Source of the DNA: an uncultured Verrucomicrobia subdivision 3 bacterium
GTDB taxonomy: Bacteria; Verrucomicrobiota; Verrucomicrobiia; Limisphaerales; UBA11358
Assembly: GCA_903870815.1 (NCBI GenBank)
Contig: CAIQEI010000111.1
Location: 28 to 64,027, forward strand
Length of the DNA: 64,000 nucleotides
Direction of reading: 5' to 3'
Part shown: positions 57,637 through 64,000 of the stretch, one piece after another
Layout of the letters: each line of letters starts with the position of its first letter
Position numbering within the stretch: the stretch's first letter is position 1
Notes under the pieces: model-generated
What the model was told of the DNA's origin: nothing
Seen by the model: the letters and a program-made list of their open reading frames with translations, nothing else
Database searches by the model: none
Translations under genes and position numbers: made by a program

Positions 57637-58647
57637 TCAGAACCGGAAGGCGACGTCGATGCCGTAGGACACGCCGGTGAAATTGCTGCCCCACAGGTAG
57701 GAATAGCCGAGGCCGATCCACTGGCACTTCCAGAGCTGGCCGAGGAAATCCAGTACCACCCGCCCGTGGGCCTCATACATATGCTCCGTGTTCAACCCGG
57801 TCTCGAGGTCACCGTAGAAATCGGACCGGCTGAAATAGCCGCCGGTGCGCAGTTCGTGGTTGTAAATCTGCACGCCGAGCGGGACGTCCACGTCAATTTT
57901 GTTCTGCCACATTTCGGCATTGCCGTTGATGCTGAAATTGGGGTTGGAACTTTTGAAGCTTTCCGTGTGGTAATACGTGCCATCCGAGGTCAGCGTGAAT
58001 ATCGTCCGGCGCCAGGTGTAAACATAGGCCAGTTCGCACGCCGGCCGGATGGTCCAGGTGTCCACGTTCCAGTCGATCAGGCCGGCGTTCTTTAATGCCT
58101 CATAATGACCTTGAGTGAACGCGTTGTTGGCCGTGTAACTGTCCGAGGTATGGCCATACATGCCCATGATGGTGGGCGCGAGGCTCAAATTGTCGTTCAG
58201 CCAGAAGCGGGCGCCGCCGCCGAATTGGATGGCAAAGGTGTCAAACTCGTTGATGTCGTTGACGATGTTCGTTGCCGCCGGGTTCGTGAAACTTTTGCGG
58301 GTCGTCAAATAGCCCATGCTGCCTTGCAAGCGCGGTTGCCAGGCGATTCCCGTGGTGCCCAGCGGAATTGGGTCGCCCACGTCGCCGCTGCCGCCGAATT
58401 TGCTGGAGTTCACCTTCGTGTTGCTGTCGGCATTGTGGTCGGAGTTGAAGGTGCCGCCCGTCAGGCCATAGTCGCAGCCGTAAATATCCAGGGCCACCAC
58501 CCGGCTCGCGGCGATGTTCTTGATGTCGTTTTCCTCGGCGGGGGTGAATAATTGCGCCTGCAGGGAGCGCGCCGGGAGCAGGGCCAGCGCCATCGCTGCC
58601 AGCGGCGCTGCGCGAAAACCAAATTTCCAGGATGACTGTTTGATCAT
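57637..58647 (-). CDS. Outer-membrane beta-barrel protein
   Basis: Signal FRAAPLAAMALALLPARSLQAQ, alternating amphipathic beta strands, and terminal ..GIDVAFRF (aromatic C-terminus). ATG 58647 chosen over 58788. Confidence 0.7.
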   Translation of the reverse strand: MIKQSSWKFGFRAAPLAAMALALLPARSLQAQLFTPAEENDIKNIAASRVVALDIYGCDYGLTGGTFNSDHNADSNTKVNSSKFGGSGDVGDPIPLGTTGIAWQPRLQGSMGYLTTRKSFTNPAATNIVNDINEFDTFAIQFGGGARFWLNDNLSLAPTIMGMYGHTSDSYTANNAFTQGHYEALKNAGLIDWNVDTWTIRPACELAYVYTWRRTIFTLTSDGTYYHTESFKSSNPNFSINGNAEMWQNKIDVDVPLGVQIYNHELRTGGYFSRSDFYGDLETGLNTEHMYEAHGRVVLDFLGQLWKCQWIGLGYSYLWGSNFTGVSYGIDVAFRF

Positions 58648-58676
58648 AATTTTTATTTTTGAATGCCGCCTGGGGC

Positions 58677-60023
58677 TCAAGGCGACTTGCCCGCCGGCCG
58701 TTCTTTGATTCTGTTTACTAGCCGTCGGTAAGTATAACCAGCCAAAACCGCGCCGGCCAGCAGGATTAAAATCAGGATCACTCCGCATCGGAATGCGTGA
58801 TCCACAATTTGTTTTGCGTCCGCCGCCGTCTGCCCGCTGACGCGCGCCAGTTCCGGCGTTGACTGGTTCAACGTTTGCAGCGCCGCGTTCAGGTCGCGCG
58901 CCGCCGCGCCGATCTGCGCCGCCGCCGTGCCGTAGTCCAGCACGTTGAACGGCTTGCCGCCGGTGGTCGCTGCCGGCGCGGCATTCGTCGGCGAGACGTA
59001 TTGCACAAAGGCCGTAAGGGACTGGATGGCGGCATTAAGATTGGTCGCCGCGCCGCTGACTGCGTCGAGCGTCGTGCGCGAGTCGGCCACCAGCTGCGGG
59101 ATTTGCTGCGTGGATTTTGTGAACGCTTCGGCGGAGTTGGCGAGCCGGCTGGCGTCGTTCAGGATCTGCTGTGATTCCGGCTGGCCGGCAAGCTGATAGG
59201 CCAGCAGCTCCACCTGCCAGCTCAAAAGCTGCGGCATCCGCTGGCTGTAATACATGGCGCGCTCGCCCAGCTCGCGCGTCTCTGTGATGGCGGCGGCGGT
59301 GGGGTCCAGCCCCGCCAGCGGGTCCAGGTAGAGCAGGCTGAAAATGCTCGTGGGCACGGCTGACGCCTGCGTCGGCGCGCGGCCGAGCGCTGTTACAAAT
59401 TCACTGAATCGGATCGGCCCGATGTAGCGTTGGTGGGGATTTTTCGCGCGCCACTCGGCGATCAGGGTCCGCAATTCCTGCTCTTGTTCCGGCTTGAGCA
59501 CGCCGCTCGCAAGCGTCCAGACGTTCGTTTCCAGCCCGCGCTGGGTTTCGAGCAGCGGCCGGATGGCGTCGCCGTAGGTCTCCACCCCGTAGTCTTCCAC
59601 GACGATGCGCGCCATGCTGACCAGCACGAGCAGGTCCAGCGCGTTGACCGCTGGGTTCTGGCCGGAGGCGTCCGTGTAGGCGGACGTGGCCTGGCCGAGT
59701 TTCCAGCGCAGCAGCGCGGTGCGCATCTCCGTGTTGGTGGCCTTGCCCATGGTATCGTCGCAGGCCTGGGCGACCGTGGCGACATAGGTGTCGGCAAACC
59801 GCATGACCTGAGCCTGCAATACCTCGAGCGTGACCGGCCCCGTCGGGCGGTTGGTGAGTTGCAGCGAATCCACCTGCGCCTTGGGTTGCGAGCTGGGAAA
59901 CTTCAGCATCGAGCAGCCCGCCGCCGCCAGCGTGAGCAGCGCCAGGCCGAGCAGGGCGGGCCGGCACCAAATGCGGGGGCCTGTCTTGTTCGCGCGTCGG
60001 TGCGGCTGGGTCGGTTGGTTCAT
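58677..60023 (-). CDS. Hypothetical lipoprotein with helical body and C-terminal TM helix
   Basis: Lipobox LAAAGC and C-terminal GVILILILLAGAVLAGY. ATG 60023 chosen over 60062. Confidence 0.55.
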   Translation of the reverse strand: MNQPTQPHRRANKTGPRIWCRPALLGLALLTLAAAGCSMLKFPSSQPKAQVDSLQLTNRPTGPVTLEVLQAQVMRFADTYVATVAQACDDTMGKATNTEMRTALLRWKLGQATSAYTDASGQNPAVNALDLLVLVSMARIVVEDYGVETYGDAIRPLLETQRGLETNVWTLASGVLKPEQEQELRTLIAEWRAKNPHQRYIGPIRFSEFVTALGRAPTQASAVPTSIFSLLYLDPLAGLDPTAAAITETRELGERAMYYSQRMPQLLSWQVELLAYQLAGQPESQQILNDASRLANSAEAFTKSTQQIPQLVADSRTTLDAVSGAATNLNAAIQSLTAFVQYVSPTNAAPAATTGGKPFNVLDYGTAAAQIGAAARDLNAALQTLNQSTPELARVSGQTAADAKQIVDHAFRCGVILILILLAGAVLAGYTYRRLVNRIKERPAGKSP

Positions 60024-60155
60024 TTGGATTTCTTCGGCGCGAATTTTTTGGGGGTTCACCACGGCTTCAATCGGGCGGCAGCTTAATGCAAAGACGCCGG
60101 TCTGGGAAAACTTTTCCGCAGACCGGCGTCGCGATAATTTAGACTGGCCGTCAGC

Positions 60156-60893
60156 TTAGAGCTTGCTGTCGTTGTCCGTCCCGGTGCGGAAGTCGATCAA
60201 CTGGGCTTCCAGCCGGAACGCCCAGTAGGCAAAGGCCAGCTTCACGTCGCCCCAGGAGCCGTCGAATTTGGTGCGGAGCGCCTTGGTGCCGACGCGGCGG
60301 TCCACGGCGGCGGCGAGCCGCTGGTTGGTTTGGCCGTCCAGCAATTCGCCCTCAACCTGCACTTGGCCGACCCCGATGCCGGAGCCGAAGGCGGCGGTGA
60401 CGAGAATGTTGGCGGCGATGCCAAACGGCACAATCGTCGTCAACAGATTCCGCACGGGCGCGGATTTCTCGGCCTCGGTAATGGCCGTGTGTACGACCAG
60501 CGTGTTCGGGCCCGGGGCGGTGACGATCGTGAAGCTCTTTTGCAGCTCGTTGTTCAGCTCGGTATAGAACAGGCTGGTCAGCAGGTCCTGATTCTCCTTG
60601 GAGAGCTTGCCGAGCGGGGAATCCTTGTCGTCGCCCTTCCACAATTCCACCGGCTCAATATAGACCTTGGTGTATTTCTTCCAGTCCACGTTGGGGGCGA
60701 TATATCGGAGCTGGGCCTGGTCGCCGGTTCCTTTCGTCAGCTGCGAGTAGTCGCCGAGGAAGCCGGAGTCCGTCACGCTGCGAGCCTGACGGGTGGTGCT
60801 GCACGCGGTGAGGCCGAGCATCATGGCGCCGGCGAGGGTGATGGCCGCCAGCAACGGCAGGCGGCGGGAGTTGGTTTGATTCATGGTCTTCAT
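60156..60893 (-). CDS. DUF3313-like lipoprotein
   Basis: Lipobox GLTAC followed by SGFLGDYSQL, the hallmark I recall for DUF3313. Confidence 0.6.
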   Translation of the reverse strand: MKTMNQTNSRRLPLLAAITLAGAMMLGLTACSTTRQARSVTDSGFLGDYSQLTKGTGDQAQLRYIAPNVDWKKYTKVYIEPVELWKGDDKDSPLGKLSKENQDLLTSLFYTELNNELQKSFTIVTAPGPNTLVVHTAITEAEKSAPVRNLLTTIVPFGIAANILVTAAFGSGIGVGQVQVEGELLDGQTNQRLAAAVDRRVGTKALRTKFDGSWGDVKLAFAYWAFRLEAQLIDFRTGTDNDSKL

Positions 60894-60930
60894 TTTGTTT
60901 TCTTTCTTTTGTTGGTTGGTTTGCGATTGA

Positions 60931-61025
60931 TCAAAATTTGAACGTGAGGTCGGCGGCCACGCCGCTGAAGATGAGGTTCAGGCTGTTTTGGTTATTGCCG
61001 CTACCGGTGGATTTGTGCGACCAAG
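60931..61025 (-). pseudogene. 3' remnant of an outer-membrane beta-barrel gene truncated by an IS insertion
   Basis: The frame reads ..WSHKSTGSGNNQNSLNLIFSGVAADLTFKF-stop, a typical OMP C-terminal strand ending in Phe. The upstream part of the frame runs directly into the end of the transposase gene. Confidence 0.5.
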
Positions 61026-62069
61026 TTAATTGTGAGACCAACATTTGGTAAAAGTGGTTGACACATTTGGTTTCTGGTTTTGACGGACGGTAATCAGACC
61101 CTGGCAGCGGAGCCAGGCTTCCACAGTGACCCGCCACGCCGTGGCGGGTTTGAGGTGACGGCCATTCGTCGTTTTCCCGATCATCGCTCCGAACTGGGCG
61201 AGCAGCAACCGGAAAATGGTTTGGCGCTGCCGTTTGGTACAGCGCAGTTTCAGGGCGTCGTCATGGAAGACGGCGCAAGCGGTGCGGCCATTGAGGCAGC
61301 GCCGGGAACGGTGATTGAGCTCATGGGCGGTGACTTCCACCAGCAGGGCAAAATCTTTTGGGACTTGGCCGGCGGTCTGCCGGCGTTGATCCAACGCCGC
61401 TTTCAAGTCGCGGATGCTTTTTTCCTCCGCGCCATTGTAACGCGGATAACGGGGTGGATTGTTCAAGGCCAGCACGCCGAAGCGGGCCAGGACCGCATCC
61501 ACCTGCTCATTATTGAAGGGCGAGCCGTTGTCCCGTTTGAGGAACAACGGCGGGCCGTGTTGACGAAACAGGCGTTCGAGGTGGGCGGCGATCTGGCCGC
61601 CATTGAGCCGGTCAGTGACCAGCGGCCGGAACCGGTGGCGAGAGGCGAGGTCTTGAACGGGGATGATTTGCCCGCCGTCACCGTATTCGGTGGCATCAAT
61701 GGACCAGGCCAGTCCCGGCTTGAGCCAGTGGATGTGTTTCATGGTCAGCAGGAGATCCCGCCGATAATCCTGCACCAGCGACCGGAGTTGACGCCGGGAC
61801 AGGCGATCGGCGAACTGTTTTAACAGTTCACCGGTGCCTTTTGTCCGCAACCGGCCGGGGTTCAACTCGCGTAGGAGCGGATAAAACTCCGTCCAGTCCA
61901 GCGGCACTGATTTTTTCGGACCGGGAGCCTGCCACACGGGCAGGCCCTGCCGTTGCCGCTGACGCCAGCGCATGACGCTGGCGTAAGGCAGCTCGTCGCA
62001 CAACTGGCGCCACGGGGTCTGACTTTTCATTTTCATGGAGTCGAGCTGGTGCAGGATTTGGCGGATCAT
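61026..62069 (-). CDS. DDE-type integrase/transposase (rve core)
   Basis: WSIDATEY..(D).., FLKRDNGSPFNN (D), NNPPRYPRYNGAEEKSI (E) pattern. ATGA overlap with the upstream HTH gene. Confidence 0.8.
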   Translation of the reverse strand: MIRQILHQLDSMKMKSQTPWRQLCDELPYASVMRWRQRQRQGLPVWQAPGPKKSVPLDWTEFYPLLRELNPGRLRTKGTGELLKQFADRLSRRQLRSLVQDYRRDLLLTMKHIHWLKPGLAWSIDATEYGDGGQIIPVQDLASRHRFRPLVTDRLNGGQIAAHLERLFRQHGPPLFLKRDNGSPFNNEQVDAVLARFGVLALNNPPRYPRYNGAEEKSIRDLKAALDQRRQTAGQVPKDFALLVEVTAHELNHRSRRCLNGRTACAVFHDDALKLRCTKRQRQTIFRLLLAQFGAMIGKTTNGRHLKPATAWRVTVEAWLRCQGLITVRQNQKPNVSTTFTKCWSHN

Positions 62070-62401
62070 CTGGGGTTTTTTTTAGCGGGTGGGAGATCCG
62101 TCCGCTGTTCCCATTGGTTCAAGAGCTGGCGCAACTGTTCGCGTTCCTGCTGGCGTTGCACCTGTTGCTCCAGTTGTTGCACCCGGCGTTGGAGCGATTC
62201 CTTCTCCGGGTCCGTTGGCGTCTTGGGCCGTCCCGTCGGCTGATCCTCCAGTGCTGATAACAGGGCCTGTAACGCCCGTTGTTCCCACTGGTAGTATTGC
62301 TGGCGGGAGATGCCCAGCGTCTGTGCTGCCTCGGTCGCCGTCATTTGGTCGGAGCGAACCTTGAAGATCAGCTCCGCCCGCTGCCTGGCTTTGGCATTCA
62401 T
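62066..62401 (-). CDS. Transposase accessory HTH/leucine-zipper protein, 111 aa
   Basis: MTATEAAQTLGISRQQYYQWEQRAL HTH followed by a Q/E/L-rich coiled coil. Confidence 0.7.
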   Translation of the reverse strand: MNAKARQRAELIFKVRSDQMTATEAAQTLGISRQQYYQWEQRALQALLSALEDQPTGRPKTPTDPEKESLQRRVQQLEQQVQRQQEREQLRQLLNQWEQRTDLPPAKKNPR

Positions 62402-63941
62402 TTACTCCGTTTTTGCCGGAGTCGAGGCGGGGTTGGCAAGCTTGTTTATCTGGTCCAGCCGACTGGTGAACTTGGTCACTGTCGCCGACCGGTGCTGGTT
62501 TTGAAGCAAAGCCTGTAGGCGTGGGCTCAAGGCTTCGCCCTTGGTCAGATTGACCCGACTTTCCAAGGCTTGCAGCATCCCCTCCATCGCCCGGCGTTGC
62601 CAGTGGTTGAACGTAATCCAGTTGATGTTCAACTGGCGGCAGACTTCCGCCGGTTTGCACCGTTCCGTCCACACTGCCAACACGGCCTGCACTTTGTCCT
62701 GGGCCGGGTAAGCCGGCGGACTGGTTCGCTTTTTCCGTTCCTTCTTTTCGCTGTTCATTATTTTGGTTGAGGTCATAAGTAAGTTCTTGTTCGTTGTTTT
62801 GTTGATCGCTGACACTGAGTTTGAGTTTGCCCTTCTCGGCCCGGAGCACGACGGACTGGCCGTCCATGCGTCCGACCATGTAGAACGGCGCCTGGGGTTT
62901 GCCGCGCAAGGCCAGCTCCAGAAGATTTTCCTGGATGCCGGTTTCGATGGTCTTCCGTAGTTCAGCTTGGATCTCAAAGAAGCGGTCCGCCGGACACAGG
63001 CCTTCGATACCCTGATTGGGCCGCTTGTGGTTGTAGTATTTGATCCAGAGTTTAATCCGTTCCCGGGCCGATTCGAAGCTGTCGAACTGGGCCCGGACGA
63101 GGAACTCCTGCCAGATGGTGGACCAGAAGCGTTCCACTTTGCCGAGCGTCATCGGATGTTGCGGCCGCGATTTGAAGTGCGCGACCCGGTCTTTTTGTAG
63201 TTCGGCCTCGAACCGGCTGGTGCCCCGCCATGAGGTATATTGCCGACCATTGTCGGTGAGCATCTCCTTGGGTGGTTGGAACTCGCCGGCCGCCACGCGA
63301 TAGACTTCGATCACCGCCTGCGCCGTGGGACTGCGGAAAAGGTCCGCCCCCACGATGAACCGCGAGTAATCGTCCATGAAGGCGATGACATAGGCGTAAC
63401 GTCCGCCCAGCCGGAAGGTGAAGATATCCGTCTGCCACATCTGGTTGGGCGTGGCCCGCTCGAAGAAGCGGGGACGAACCATGTTGCGCTGCTTGCGCGG
63501 CGGACGCTCGGTCATCAACTCCGCCTCGTGTAACCGTTGCCGCACGGTCTCCGGGCTGGCCGGTAAAAAGAAACACCGGCGTAATACCTGGCTGATGCGT
63601 TTGATGCCGAACGTGGGGTTCTCCTGTTTGAGCTCGATGATCTTTTCGGTGATGGGGGCTGGCAACCGGGCCTTGCGTCTGCCTCCCATCTTCGATTGCA
63701 GGCCCGCCTCACCGCCGAGCTCATACGCTTTGATCCAATGCTCCACGCTGCCCTTGCTGATCCCCAATTCCTGGCTGACCAAGGCCATGCTAAACCCTTC
63801 CTCCCGATACAACCGGACGGCTTTAAGCTTTTCGGCCGGGGTGAAACGGCGCGATTTTTTCGCGCCGCCAGCCCCCCTCGGGGGGCTGTTCCTCTTCTTC
63901 TCTACTATAACTTCTGACGTGACTTCACTTTTTCGGGCCAC
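62082..63941 (-). CDS. IS481-like DDE transposase; only the N-terminal ~400 aa look genuine
   Basis: HTH FTPAEKLKAVRLY..LGISKGSVEHWIKAY. DDE core WQTDIFTF.., FMDDYSRF, MLTDNGRQYTS, HPMTLGKVERFW, YNHKRPNQG. GTG 63941 proposed. The frame has no stop until 62082, but from about 62750 onward it is G/P/S/T-rich and overlaps two better ORFs. Confidence 0.7.
   Translation of the reverse strand: MARKSEVTSEVIVEKKRNSPPRGAGGAKKSRRFTPAEKLKAVRLYREEGFSMALVSQELGISKGSVEHWIKAYELGGEAGLQSKMGGRRKARLPAPITEKIIELKQENPTFGIKRISQVLRRCFFLPASPETVRQRLHEAELMTERPPRKQRNMVRPRFFERATPNQMWQTDIFTFRLGGRYAYVIAFMDDYSRFIVGADLFRSPTAQAVIEVYRVAAGEFQPPKEMLTDNGRQYTSWRGTSRFEAELQKDRVAHFKSRPQHPMTLGKVERFWSTIWQEFLVRAQFDSFESARERIKLWIKYYNHKRPNQGIEGLCPADRFFEIQAELRKTIETGIQENLLELALRGKPQAPFYMVGRMDGQSVVLRAEKGKLKLSVSDQQNNEQELTYDLNQNNEQRKEGTEKANQSAGLPGPGQSAGRVGSVDGTVQTGGSLPPVEHQLDYVQPLATPGDGGDAASLGKSGQSDQGRSLEPTPTGFASKPAPVGDSDQVHQSAGPDKQACQPRLDSGKNGVNECQSQAAGGADLQGSLRPNDGDRGSTDAGHLPPAILPVGTTGVTGPVISTGGSADGTAQDANGPGEGIAPTPGATTGATGATPAGTRTVAPALEPMGTADGSPTR
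62402..62758 (-). CDS. Second HTH protein, 118 aa, paralogous to 62066-62401
   Basis: CKPAEVCRQLNINWITFNHWQRRAMEGMLQAL. Its stop TAA is immediately followed by the next ATG. ATG 62758 chosen over ORF-track start 62977. Confidence 0.6.
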   Translation of the reverse strand: MNSEKKERKKRTSPPAYPAQDKVQAVLAVWTERCKPAEVCRQLNINWITFNHWQRRAMEGMLQALESRVNLTKGEALSPRLQALLQNQHRSATVTKFTSRLDQINKLANPASTPAKTE

Positions 63942-64000
63942 CTGATGTGTTAGTCTGAGACGCAAGAAAGGACCAGACGCATGAAAGGCAAACGATACAC

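Larger units (their letters stand above)
61031..63960. mobile_element. Insertion-sequence block with two DDE transposase genes and two small HTH genes (single, tandem or nested element unresolved)
   Basis: Candidate ends are TGTGAGACCAACA (61031-) and the reverse complement of 63960, TCTCAGACTAACA. These match at 10 of 13 positions by eye. Confidence 0.5.

Noticed and set aside
62082-62750. C-terminal ~220 aa of the 627-aa transposase frame as genuine protein
   Set aside because: The sequence is G/P/S/T/A-rich and low in complexity, and it overlaps two well-formed HTH ORFs in other frames. It is probably a run-on frame, though frameshifting or fusion cannot be excluded without analysis.

Overview
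GC-rich bacterial chromosomal window with tightly packed genes and many 4-nt ATGA start/stop overlaps. The gene content points to a Verrucomicrobiota/PVC-type organism; this is an inference, not a search result. The evidence is LL-diaminopimelate aminotransferase (DapL), squalene-hopene cyclase, a PVC-style small basic protein, a short prepilin-like protein, and giant Ig-like 'YQWQ' repeat proteins. Layout: (1) 1-29.6 kb holds housekeeping genes: ispD, S41 peptidase, tsaD, shc, pyrK, pyrD, exbB-exbD-tonB, hpt, dapL, rluB-like, folD, rex, purN, hisG, trxB, gap, hup, a Ser/Thr kinase and a C-N hydrolase. (2) 29.7-53.8 kb is an accessory glycan-degradation island. It has a beta-helix/PDZ protein and three consecutive giant paralogous secreted proteins (2133, 1606 and 1465 aa) with GH95-like, GH52-like and GH29-like cores. 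All three share Ig-like, DUF642-like and cadherin-like modules, an unassigned ~190-aa module, and a 79-aa C-terminal domain ending YYRL(V/I)YP. The island also carries a prepilin-like gene, a MITE-like element, a canonical GH29 fucosidase and a NarL-type two-component system. (3) 54.1-60.9 kb is an envelope cluster: split pqiA, pqiB, pqiC, an outer-membrane barrel and lipoproteins. (4) 60.9-64.0 kb is a block of transposase genes that appears to have truncated an outer-membrane protein gene. I saw no rRNA, tRNA or CRISPR array. Two small basic ORFs fall below the ORF-track cutoff, and a CTCCGCA heptamer repeat family occurs at two loci, one inside pyrK. The best candidate for something undescribed is the giant-protein trio with its shared unknown module and C-terminal domain. 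All family assignments come from motif recognition by eye and need HMM or structure confirmation.
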